A stretch of 64,000 nucleotides of DNA. Origin: Azolla caroliniana (Eukaryota; Plantae; Polypodiophyta). The notes below the pieces were generated by a model that saw only the letters and a list, made by a program, of their open reading frames with translations, ran no database searches and had not been told where the DNA came from. The stretch is taken from assembly GCA_043228905.1 (NCBI GenBank), contig JBHGNT010000001.1, positions 10,726,001-10,790,000 of the forward strand. Direction: 5' to 3'. The position numbers were made by a program, and so were the translations under genes. Of this stretch, positions 52,381 through 64,000 are shown in pieces (position 1 is the stretch's first letter; each line of letters begins with the position of its first letter).

Positions 52381-54639
52381 CACACCCCCTTTTTACTTAC
52401 TACTTTTCTTAATGTTTTTCCAACCATATCTAGCTAGTTAGTTCCCTAGAGAAACCCATCTCCATTCTTAGAGTATCTAAAAGAAACCCCAGCTATAAAT
52501 AGAGAGAGACACACATATACATACATATTGCATACATCTATGTCATACCTCCTCTACTACATGCTCTCTCTCTCTCTCTCTCTCTACAGGGTTCATTGAG
52601 TGGGTCATGGTCCCTCTCTTCACATTAAAGGCTTGTCCTTCCCCATCTCGGAGAGCCGCAGTTAACGGTGCTGATCTCTTTCTAACGAAGCAAACAAATA
52701 CACTCTCTCTCACTCATGCCCGATTCAAAGCATCCGACACACCTATTCTCGACAACTATGTTTGGACAATGAATGTGTATTCTGATCAATTATCCTATCC
52801 TATGCACTCTAGTACCTACCCAACAAATGGGTAGTAGTTGACTCTGAAGAGCAAGAAAAAGAAGAAGCCTTGGGTGCTTTACATACGTCAAATCATAGAG
52901 GAACGCCATAACATTGCATCTACTTTATATACGTGTGGGTGTTTCGTCCATATCAAGCTTGACTTGATACACCTTGATAATGTCATGTTTATGTCTTTGA
53001 ATCTTGGACCACCATGTAGTTAGTTGTCTAGCAAAGTGTCCACGTGACCCTTCCTTTGGAGTTTTGTCTTTCAATGTCCGGATAACATTTGTTGTAGTAA
53101 GTAGAGTATAAAGAGTGAATCACATTGTGATTCGTGTTCTCCAAAGTTTCTTGTTCCTTACATCATTATCTTGATGAATCGTTATGCTAATGATGAGTTG
53201 TCCTCCCTATCCGTCTATATTGCCAACCATCCTTAGTGAGCCTTTTCAATAGAATCTAGTATTTCTAAAATCTCTTAAAACAAAAATTCTACTAATTCAC
53301 ATTTTCAAGTTCTCATGCCATGGTGTTCACTAATATGAAAATTGGATTCACATCGACATGGTCACCATTTTTTAAACATACATTATGAAAAAAAACATAA
53401 ATTGAGATCATGATTGCCAAAAAATGGCATAGATAATATTCCTCGTGCTTCCTTTGGTGCGATGTATTAACATCAAAGTTATGGATGAAGCAAATGTTGT
53501 GCCCGATTTTGTCATTTCCTCATGCCCTCTCACAATGTTTTTACATTGCATTGATAGTGTTTTTATCTCCTCTAAGCTTGCCCTTAACACTTTTTGGTTA
53601 TATTGTGCTTGTTTTGTTACATATCTATTGCTCTTAACTTGTACATTTTGTCTGTTTTTTTCTTCTTCATCATTCTTAAATCTCTCTCTCTCTGGTCATG
53701 CACATTTTTCCCTAAACAAGTTTGGGAGTGTGAGTATCACACTTTGATACAAATGATTTGCTCGTGACAAGATCTGACTATGCTTTCCCAAATCTTCAAC
53801 CAACATCATTACCATGTACTACGTGAAAATGTTGTATGTTTGGTCTCATAGGTCATATTTGACCTTCCAAGTTGATCATAAAATCTATTTATCAATCACA
53901 CACACACACACACAATGTAAAAATACACCCTTAATTGTTCTTGTTTCCAATAAATTGCCCGTTTTATAGTAAGACTACAGTCTACCTTGAACATTAAAAA
54001 TCAAAAGTTGGCATAGCAATGTTGCTTACACCTTGACAAACTATTGTGGTAGCATTGATTGTGTTGTCTTGAACTGAAGAGTCAAGAGCATAGCTTGCAA
54101 TATCACCATTAGATGCTTCGTGATCATAGTCTTGTGCAATCTCATATTTATTTATATAGCAATACACATGATCAACTTTTGTTCATCTTATGCTTGATGA
54201 TGTAATCTTGACCAAGGGTATCTTGATTACTTGAAGGTGTATGGTGGATTCAAAGTTAATAATCAATCATTTGTGACTTTGGTAAGTGGAACCTTATCAT
54301 TATCACTATCATTATCTATTTGTTGGTGGCAATAAATAAAATGCATAAGCTTGGATGCTTAAAGAAGAAGATTGATCTTAAATGAGTGTTTTGGGTAGAT
54401 GCGTGTGCTTTTTGACAAAAATGTGACGGAGCTTTGCTTATATCACTTTTTGTGGGAGTTATTACCCATTCAAACTCAATTCTCAATGGCTTTTCAAATG
54501 TAGATGACAAGGATGAATATTCTATGTTTTTGTTTATGAGTTGAAGAGTGGATTGGCTGTTTACAAGATTTCCAAGTTCAACTTCCACTTAACTCCATGA
54601 TGAGACAATAGAACAAAGAGTGAGTATCAGGTAGGGTAA

Positions 54640-55870
54640 GCTTTTTTTTTCCCAAAAAAATAAATACTACATAAGTATTAAGAAACACCCTAAAATATGT
54701 ACATTTCGGTAATGAGCCCCTTTTCTAAATTCTAACTATCGGCTTAAATAAATACTTCAGTGTAGAGTAGCACCACTTCACCTTATCAGAAATCCATCTG
54801 TAAAATATGCCTTTATCCTGGGTGGCATGAAACTCCAATTGTTTGAGCTCTACGTGTTGCGTATTACCTTTTATGTCCAAAGAACCAAGTTTGAGATTAT
54901 GCACAATCTTAGTCCAAATCCCGGAAATTATTTGGGCAAAGTCTTTCAGTCACATTTTGACATAACTTCAAACATTGAGCCTTCCAAATATATCAAATTG
55001 TGATAGTACTTACCAATTGCCATATTTCAGGTTTATCTCTCTCTATTTATGGATTCAAAGGTATCAATGTTGATTGCATCAAACCATGTCTCATAGCAAT
55101 AACATCTGCAACATCCTCTTGTTCATATACCATTGGTTTATCTTGTACCACCACTCATAATACCACTTCCCATGTATACACTGTTCGAGGATATATTGGT
55201 ATTAACAATGTTATGATTCTTTTCCATATTTCCGTTGCAAAATCACAACTCCACAAACAATGGTTAGTATTCTCTACTAGGACTATACAAAAAGGGCACA
55301 TATTGTCAACATTCCCCTTTCTCCAACCATTAACTGGTACAACTCTATGAACCAACAACCAACCAATGGAAACAAACAATTTTCCTACTCATTTTTATGC
55401 CCCACAACCATTTCCAAAATGGTTCGAGATGTTGTGGAGAAAATCATTTCTATCTCCACAAAACATTTGCGGTCAATTCTTTCCATGAACTGTCACCTAA
55501 TATTTTCCTACCAATCTTCACAGAATATTGAGAAAACAGACACGTGTTTTATCTAATCTTGAACCCACACCTTCCAATATAGTTATTTAGGATCCCTAGT
55601 TGATCGAGATATTGGTCTCTTTTTCATAATCCAAATCCTCCAAAAGGAGTCCACCTTTTGTGGATTCGAATCTAAGACCCAATTTGATCCATCATTTGCA
55701 ATCACCCTCACTTCTTTATGGAAACAAGAACTAAACAAATTAGTTTCCTTATGTGTGAAATTTAACCTACCATCATTTTGTACATCAAAGGTCATACAAA
55801 CTTCTTCCCCAATATAGGCTTTTCTCCAATAAAAACATCCAATGGAGTAAATAAACCCATCCACTTTTGT
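54640..55870 (-). pseudogene. 3' part of a LINE ORF2 (zf-RVT region)
   Basis: LLVHRVVPV...CPFC...ENTNHCLWSC.FA.EIW zinc-binding motif in ORF 55155-55379; short T-run near 54642 could be a poly(A) remnant. Confidence 0.7.
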
Positions 55871-56273
55871 GTAGAAGATCTAAATTGCATATAATATTAG
55901 AAAGGGTTGTTTGTATTGTAGAATACATTGTCTTTCCGCCCCTTATATTATTAAACGTTATCGTTCTTTGGTCTATAGGTGTAGACAGGAATGGTGTTCA
56001 CACACCTATAGACTATGCTGGTTTGCAATCTAATTCTACCCATGCACATCGAGTACACCTTCCCAACATGTCCCCTATGGTTAGTAAAATACGAATTCCA
56101 AATCATGGGCTGTCTACAAAATTCAGCTTCTGTTTTTGGAGATCTTGTAACTAAATCAAGAGAGAAATATTTCCATGAATTAAGAAATGATCAAACAAAT
56201 TTGTCTTCCCATTTTGTGGAAATAGCCACCTTGTTGTGTTCCATAAAACTCTATCGAAAACCATGCCTCCAAT

Positions 56274-56675
56274 TGTCATGAAGAGATACGTTTTGGGTTA
56301 CATGGATTCAAACCCACAACATCTTGGTCTATGTGTTAGACCTTTAACCATTGTAATAACATATATGATATATAGTTTTAATAATTATATTATTAGTTAT
56401 TACAAGATATTTAGAGTATTCTAGAACATTCTAGAGTATTCTAGAATATTCCACGATTATATTAAATATCATAAGTATCTAAAATATTCTAGAACATTAT
56501 AGAATTCTCCATAAGGACCTATAAATAGGTGTCTATTCATTCATTACAACTCATTTGGCTCAATACCAGTCTTTAGCCCTTAGCTTACTCTTTGTAAACC
56601 TTGTTTTCTCATAATATAAACCATTTCCATTTCCTATCTTATTTCTATCTCTCTCTACCTTCTATCTTCATCTTT

Positions 56676-56722
<47 letters not shown>

Positions 56723-57618
56723 GTGTCATGACAGTTTGAACCGAATATCTTTTCTTCCTCTTCCAATAACCCTAGCAAGCTTTCTTCTTTTTCCTTCTTT
56801 CTTTTTCCCTCTCGTCATAAGTTATGGAGTCCATCAACAAGCAAGAATATATGCGTGTCCTTTCTGAGCTCGACATGCTCACGACTAAGTTTGTGGCATT
56901 AGAGCAAGAAAATCAAAGGCTACTCAGGGACCTACAACACGTGAGTACCGAGAAAGCTCACCAATATGAGGAGTTATCACAACGGGTTCATCAACTCGAG
57001 GCTACTATATTAATATTACGTGGGTTCAAAACTCCCCAAGGGAACCAAAGATTAGCCTCCTTGCCAAGTTTGATGGTACAAGATCTGTGTTTCGAGGTTT
57101 CCTAAATCAAGTCCATTTGGTGATTCAGTTACATCCCAATTGGTACCCAACAAATGTTGCTCATGTTGTTGGAGGATTTCGAGGCGTTCGTTAAGGAGTT
57201 TCAAGCTAGTTTTGGAGACACTGATAACATTAGAACAACAATAAACAAGATTCGAAGACTTCGACAAGGAGATCGTCTCACTTCGACTTACGCAATAGAT
57301 TTCTGTCTCTTGGCATGTGACATCCCTCGGGATGAGGTAGCCTTAATGGATAAATTCCATCAGGGTTTGCGTAACGATGTCAAAGATCTTCTTCTTACTT
57401 TCCACGAAGATCCGAAGACTCTTACAGAGGCAATTAGTCGAGCTATGCGATGTGATAATCACCTATTTGGGCCACATTCTTAACGCCAATAAATGTTATG
57501 CCGCCAACCGGAATAGATGTACGCTTCAGTAGTCACAACGCCGCCACAAGTTCCCAGACCCATTACAAGGGATGGCCCAACTCCGATGGAAATAGAGTCA
57601 ACACAACGTCGAGGGCCC
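56274..57618 (+). mobile_element. Tcn1/Tf1-like Ty3/gypsy 5' LTR plus gag, truncated by a DNA transposon
   Basis: LTR 56274-56733 with TGTCATGA...TCATGACA termini and TATAAATA at 56520. Frameshifted gag 56824-57618 (EPKISL.KFDG.RS.FRGFL.Q, LRQG, KFHQGLR.DVKD, GPTPMEI). Confidence 0.8.
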
Positions 57619-59122
57619 TTAAACATGTTCACGTTCACAAGTGGAAGGATCACACATAAATGGAAGGATAAGGAATATTTTGGTTGATTTTAGTACTTTT
57701 TCAATGATTTTACAAAACACATTGATACCAGTATCATACATTTTTAAATATACTATGAAAAAGGTTAAAAATCCACTATTTTCGTGATTTAGAAATAAAT
57801 AAAAAAAGAGGAATTTCAAAAAGTTACATTCTCAATTTATATCACAAACTTTACAACCAATGTTATTTTATAAGAAACAATTTTTTAGAAATCATAAGAA
57901 TTCAAAACACGCTTTTATATTACTCGATTTGTTACAAGTGGAATGTAGTTACACTTAATAGCCAAAAATACATTCATGATCACTCCTTTATGGAGAATTA
58001 TTACTATAACTAGTATACAATGACGATTCCTCCTTGTCATCCTCGGATGTACCAATCAATGCATTGTCTTTGTCATAAACCAAATGGTTTGACTCTAGAT
58101 TATATGTAGCAGATCTCGTTTGCCTTCGACTCGAGCCACCTTGTAGACCTGGTAATTTTTCTTTTATTATATCTATTGTTGACTTCCTTAATCGCCCGGC
58201 TTTTGTAAGCGTGAAGTCGTACACGATGATATCCACATCAAAGATATCAAGGGTCGAGGTGTTACAAATGTTTCGCTTCCTCTTCCTACCTCCCCTTGTT
58301 GTTGGGCATTCAATCATCTCCAATACATATACTTACCTGTAAAAGCATTTGCACTTCTAGTGTTGTACCAATGAACGTTTATAGACTTGATCGTGTTTTC
58401 TATTTCATGCATTAGCACTTCTAGAATTTTACCAACCCAAAATTGGTGGCCATGTGAGTTCTCATCAGCCGGCGTTGCAATCAACATCCCTGCTGCGAGC
58501 TCTTGCAAATTGCCTTGCCATCTAGCTTCGGTTGCTTTGGTCATCCTTGGTCCCACATAAATGTCTCTTTGTTGTGGATGGACCAAACTGTCATTAATTG
58601 CATTTACTGGTTGCTCCGGAGTTTTATTTACACAATCATGTTGTAGCGACCATGTGAATGGTGTTTCCAAATTCCAATTATCACCAAATACACAATTGTC
58701 TATAATTCCTTTCTGATCACTAAAAAATACATCCCACCATGATGTGTCTTGTTGTGCGGCATATTTCTTGGCGGCCTCAATATGCTTTCTTTTTTCTTCT
58801 AAGGCTTGGAGCCATAATCGTTTTTGTTCCGATACCAAGTCACTATGCAACTGTCCTTTCTTCTCAATTGGCATTTGTTTAACTCCATTGACAATTGTAC
58901 TAGGCATACAAAGTAATAACTGGCAACCACCTTCAGGTTCCCATGTTGTAGAAGATGAATATTGTTTAGCATACAAAAGCGTAGAACCACTTATTTCATT
59001 TTTCTTTATCATAAACATGTGATTGAAGCTTATATTGTTTAACTTGGTGAGCACTTTAACATTCCCAACACCCCCATCTGATATATCTCTCTTAAAGTCA
59101 TATACCTCCAAGTGTAACACTT
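57619..59122 (-). pseudogene. Partial diverged second copy of the transposase 3' half plus element terminus
   Basis: Aligns by eye to 59123-60620; ORFs 57988-58323 and 58314-59240 repeat the C-terminal peptide with substitutions and a frameshift. Confidence 0.88.
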
Positions 59123-59482
59123 TTAACACGTTCGCGTTCACAAGTGGAAGGATCGCACATAAATGGAAGGATAAGTGAAATTTTAGGGGTTTTTCAATGA
59201 TTTTACAAAACACATTGATACCAGTATCATACAAGATCAAACATACTATGAAAAAGGTTAAAAATCCACTATTTTCGTGATTTAGAAGTAACTAAAAAAA
59301 GACGAATTTCAAAAACATACATTCTCAATTTATATCTCAAACTTTACAACCAATGTTATTTTATAAGAAACGATTTTTGGGAAATCATAAGAATTCAAAA
59401 CACATGATTTTATATTACTCGATTTGTTACAAGCGGAATGTAGTTACACTTAATTGCCAAATATACATTCATGATCACTCCT

Positions 59483-62243
59483 TTACGGAGAATCACTACT
59501 ATAACTAATATACAATGACGATTCCTCCTCATCATCCTCGGATGTACCAATCAGTGCATTATCTTCGTCATAAACCAAATGGTTTGACTCTAGATTATAT
59601 GTAGCAGATCTCGTTTGCCTTTGACTCGAGCCACCTTGTAGACCTGGTAATTTTTCTTTTATTATATCTATTGTTGACTTTCTTAATCGTCCGGCTTTTG
59701 TAAGTGTGAAGTCGTACACGATGATATCCACATCAGAGATATCAAGGGTCGAGGTGTTACGAATGTTTCGCTTCCTCTTCCTACCTCCCCTTCTTGTTTG
59801 GCATTCAATCATCTCCAATGTATACTTACCTGTAAAAGCATTTGCACTTCTAGTGTTGTACCAATGAACATTTATAGACTTGATCGTGTTTTCTATTTCA
59901 TGCATTAGCACTTCTAGAATTTTACCAACCCAAAATTGGTGGCCATGTGAGTTCTCATCAGCCGGCGTTGCAATCAACATCCCCGCGGTGAGCTCTTGCA
60001 AATTTCCTTGCCATCTAGCTTCGGCTGCTTTGGTCATCCTTGGTCCCACATAAATGTCTCTTTGTTGTGGATGGACCAAGCTGTCATTAATCGCATTTAC
60101 TAGTCGCTCTGGACTTCTATTTACGCGATCATGTTGTAGCGACCATGTGAATGGCGTTTCCAAATTCCAATTATCAACAGATACACAATTGTCTATAATT
60201 TCTTTCTGATCAGTATAAAATACATCCCACCATGACGTGTCTTGTTGTGCGGCATATTTCTTGGCAGCCTCAATATGTTTTCTTTTTTCTTCTAAGGCTT
60301 GGAGCCATGACCGTTTTTGTTCTAATACCAAGTCGCTCTGCAACTGTCCTTTCTTCTCAATTGGCATTTGCTTAGCTCCATGGACAATTGTACTCGGCAT
60401 ACAAAGTAATAACTGGCAACCACCTTCAGGTTCCCATGTTGTAGAAGATGAATATTGTTTAGCATACAAAAGTGTAGAACCACTTATTCCATTTTTCTTT
60501 ATAAAAAAAATGTGATTGAAACTTATATTGTTTAACTGAGCAAGCACTTTAACATTCCCACCACCCCCATCTAATATATATCTCTTAAAGTCATATACCT
60601 CCTTCAAGTGTAACACTTTTGGGCGTGGTGTATATGCATCACAAATGACATCAAATAGTTTAGGTAAAGTGAAAGCATCATGCCGAGACAACTGTCTAGA
60701 GAATGTGCTAAACATCTGATCTATATGGTCATGTGTGTGGCCAACCAAAAGGAAATTGACTTTCACTTTCCTAAACAATTCTAGGTTGACCAACATACTT
60801 AGATAGCCAAATACAGTTGAATTTTTGTTCTCTCTAGCAGTATTGTCCAATTGAATGTATAGAACAGGGGGGAAAGGTTGTCCCCAAGACATCAAAACTC
60901 GGTGAATCACTGTAACTGTTAGGTTAGGGTCATTGTGAACATTGGGGTCGAATAGACCTATTATAAGCCAAGCATCCCACCAAGTGCATTTGAACAAGGC
61001 ACTCATCATTGACATCTTTGGGGAGCCTCCGCATATGCGGCAAGCATGTCTTCTTCTGGTCCATGCCATCTATCATTAAGCACATGTATTGTTCAGGCCT
61101 CTTCAAACACTTCTCTCTATGATGCATCGCCTTCCTTCGTTCTAAGGATTGTGCCTCACGATGCTCTTGTAGTAACTTCTTACTCGTATCCTTTTCCATT
61201 GATGTCTTTGCACCTTTAGCCAAACTTTTAAGATTTGCACAAATGGAGCAATAACCCATACGTACTTTACGAGGAATAATAACATTTGAAAACCGAGCTC
61301 TCCATAATCTTGTGAATTGGCTATAGGTGATAGATTTATTATGTGAGCCCAGCATTTCAGATCGATAGACATCATAAACTTCCCGATGGGTATAATTATC
61401 AGAAAGATGCATCCTACCTGTAGTGGGCATTACTTCACAATTTAACTGAAAGTAAGTTTTCATCCAGCCAATAGCTAGTCTTCCAATTGCACCTTTCATA
61501 CTTGGAACCTCTTTACAATTGAGCATCTGATCCCCGCTAAGTAGACGTTGTTGTACTCTATGTAGCCGCATGTTACTAACACATAACGCAATTTTGAATG
61601 CAACTCTACATATCTGTTGCGCATGGAAGATATAATACTCGAATGATACTTTGATCCCCGTACATTTGTCAGATACTAGTTGCATATGTGATCCGAGGTA
61701 AGTGTCTTGCTCATCACCGGTCATCGAAAAATAGTATCGCCTTAATTCTCGCAACTTTGATTTTCCAATCATAGACATACAACCACGGGCACAACATATT
61801 TTGTTGACATCAAATCCAATCTGTTTATCTGATGTCACCAAGCTAAATCTAGCCAGACGAATTCTTCGTGGGATTCTTCTAATATGCATAGGGCTCCCAG
61901 ATTTCTCTTCATGCATAGAGGTTGGTGTAACCTTGTTACAGTCTAATTCTCTGTTCTGACCATCGCCAATGTTATTCAATGTTTCCTGGGCACTTCCTTC
62001 ATTCTCGGTATCTTTATTAATATCGTATTCTTCAATAGAGAACTCTTCACATGTGTCATTATTTACATTCCTTGTAGATGAGCTCAGACAATATTCTTCG
62101 ATAGAATATGGTGAGTCGGTCGAAAGACAATATTCTTCAATCGAATATGGTGACTCTGTTGACAAACAATACTCTTCAGTAGAAAACGATGGGTCTGATG
62201 ACAAACAATATTCTTCAAGCGAGAACGGTGAATCTTCACTCAT
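59483..62243 (-). pseudogene. DDD-type transposase (Sola1/DUF7869-like), one frameshift near 60945
   Basis: Motifs CC..GC, C..AFK, CSICANL, IDGMDQKK, LYIQLDNTARENKN and FLLVGHTHDHIDQMFS across ORFs 60930-62243 and 59483-61069. Confidence 0.8.
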
Positions 62244-63048
62244 GGCTTAAGGTCTAGATAGGGCTCTCTAAGTTATACTCCTCTCTAACCATATACTCCT
62301 CCCTAAACATAAACTTCTCTCTAAACAAAAGCCATATCAATAGAATGTCTATATTATGTAATATTCTATTAAAATACAATACATCTAAAAATTATTTTTA
62401 ATAAAGTAATTTAACTTAAATTATCAATCATTATATACACTAGATCTAAATGATGTTAAATCAAGTAAAATATAAAACTAATCATTAACAAGCCTTGAAT
62501 ATGTTGGATTAATGTTAAAATCATTGGCTAATTAATAAACGTCTCACTCATTGATTCTTTAATGCTCACCATTTTAAATATTAGACTTATCAATCATTGG
62601 CTAATTCATGCCCACATCTTTAATACATAACTATTGAGAGTCATAAATTTTTTTGCTTTTAGTAATCAATCATTGGTACATTCATGAACCTCTATCATTG
62701 TCTCCTTCATAACCTTTGAAGTGATTGTAGGTTGTTATGAGTATAAAGGATTGATCAATATGTTAGTTTGACTTTGTAATCATTAATACAATCATAAGTT
62801 ACTATAGTTAATGTGACTATGGTTACAAACTAACTATCCTCAAAGTTACCAACATTGGTTAAGGTGACTATGGTTACATTAACCATGGGTTCAATCCCTA
62901 TAAATAGGAAGACCTCATCATATTTCACTCACCAGAGCGTACAGAGCGTACAGAGCACTCAGAGCACACAGAGCACACAGAGCACACAGAGCACTCAAGG
63001 CACAAAGCACGAAAGCGCGATCTCCGCCTCCACACAACACGATCAACC

Positions 63049-64000
63049 ATGTCTTCCAAGAGAGTCGAGCGCGAGGAGTCCAGGTAGGCCTCTGACACTG
63101 TGGACATTTTTGTAAATATGTTTCGTTTCCCAAGAACTCGATACGACGTATCGAGTTCATGTATACAATACAAATATTTATACACGAACTCGATACGGCG
63201 TATCGAGTTCGTGTGTAAATATTTGTATTGTATACATGAACTCGATACGCCGTATCGAGTTCGTGTTTAAAGGCTACACTTTAAACACGAACTCGATACG
63301 CCGTATCGAGTTCGTGTTTAAAGTGTAGCCTTTGAGAGAGAAAAATCGTTTACGGGGTGGAAAAGATATCAAATTGTCTGGCAAAATCAGTCTTTTTTAT
63401 GTTGACTTTACTTACGTTTAAACAAATACATGCTCTAATTATAGGTGTTTTATGATCTATTTTAGCTTAAAATAGTATAAAATGATCTAAAAATTGCCTT
63501 CACTATGGCAAATTCTCCTCAATATAGGTTTAGAATCTATATAAGTCACACCTACTATTTAAAAGAATATATAACCCGTTTTACTTATTACGATATATAT
63601 TTTCTAGGTTGAATAGCCCTGCCTATAATAGATTTTTGAATATGTTACTGCTCCTGGAAACTGTTCTTCATTATAATAACAACTTCAATCTACGTGACTG
63701 TCTAACTTATGTTTTTGCATATACTTTCTTAAATAGGTCGTTTGAGAACCTTTCAGACCGACCCGTAAAGAAAATTAAGCTTCGCATACAAGGTTCTCCA
63801 ATCGAAGCCTAGACCAAGGTAACTCCGGAGACCATGAAGAGGGGAAAAAAGCTTCTCTTTAACGAAGAGACAAAATCTCAGCCACATAGTGATGTAAGCC
63901 AAAGGAAACTTGTCGCCGCTACTGGAGGCGAAGACCTTCCTGACCGAGATCTAACGGACAAGGAATGGTGTATGCAATATGTCGACTCAAAGAAAAAAGT
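63049..64000 (+). CDS. Putative divergent spliced accessory gene (likely pseudogenised), unknown product
   Basis: TATAAATA at 62899; exon 63049-63083 (MSSKRVEREES, donor AG|GTAGG); phase-compatible acceptor at 63736 continues RSFENLSDRPVKKIKLR, with an in-frame TAG at 63810. Confidence 0.4.
63134..63333. repeat. Nested palindrome array: four 25-bp hairpins GAACTCGATACG-N-CGTATCGAGTTC
   Basis: Copies at 63134, 63186, 63238 and 63289; spacers are themselves inverted copies or self-complementary. Confidence 0.95.

Larger units (their letters stand above)
57619..64000 (-). mobile_element. Sola1-like (DUF7869-type) DNA transposon region, right end not seen
   Basis: Begins at TTAA inside the gag; contains the transposase, a repeated 3' segment, a divergent second gene and a palindrome array. 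Confidence 0.65.

Noticed and set aside
51593-52383. Long ORFs of 241-260 aa
   Set aside because: Translations of dinucleotide repeats (SLSL/HTHT).
60930-61069. Two separate genes or a programmed frameshift in the transposase
   Set aside because: The peptide runs CLAYNRSIRP into PNVHNDPN, which is best explained by a small frameshifting deletion in a single ORF.
63134-63313. CRISPR array
   Set aside because: Repeat and spacer sizes look CRISPR-like, but the spacers are inverted copies of each other, no cas genes are present, and the context is a eukaryotic TE.
63271-63331. Independent Kolobok-like mini-element (AGG...CCT between TTAA and TTGA)
   Set aside because: Fully explained as part of the palindrome array; the right-hand TSD is imperfect.

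Overview
Eukaryotic, repeat-rich land-plant nuclear DNA. The TE repertoire suggests a non-seed plant (bryophyte, lycophyte or fern); this is inference. 1-16.8 kb is a nested retrotransposon stack. A + strand Ty3/gypsy element is interrupted by a solo LTR (123-734), by a - strand gypsy element (1500-9077, tRNA-Trp PBS, itself carrying a 1.4-kb solo-LTR-like insert at 4519-5913), and by a very young Ty1/copia element (10765-16132). A LINE ORF1 fragment follows. Three spliced host genes can be reconstructed: a DUF3007-type plastid-targeted protein (19401-22463), a pectin methylesterase (31444-35569) and a B-type cyclin (41127-45136) with MSA-like promoter motifs. There is also a probable uncharacterised plant gene (48265-48813), a 171-bp plastid-like 16S rRNA fragment, and several tandem and microsatellite arrays. 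The right end holds a Tcn1/Tf1-like LTR+gag. It is interrupted at a TTAA by a Sola1-like (DUF7869-type) DDD-transposase element. That element has a partially repeated 3' end, a divergent second spliced gene, and a nested palindrome array (four 25-bp hairpins at 52/52/51-bp spacing), which is the most unusual structure in the window. All three gypsy-type insertions have 4-bp TSDs centred on CpG.
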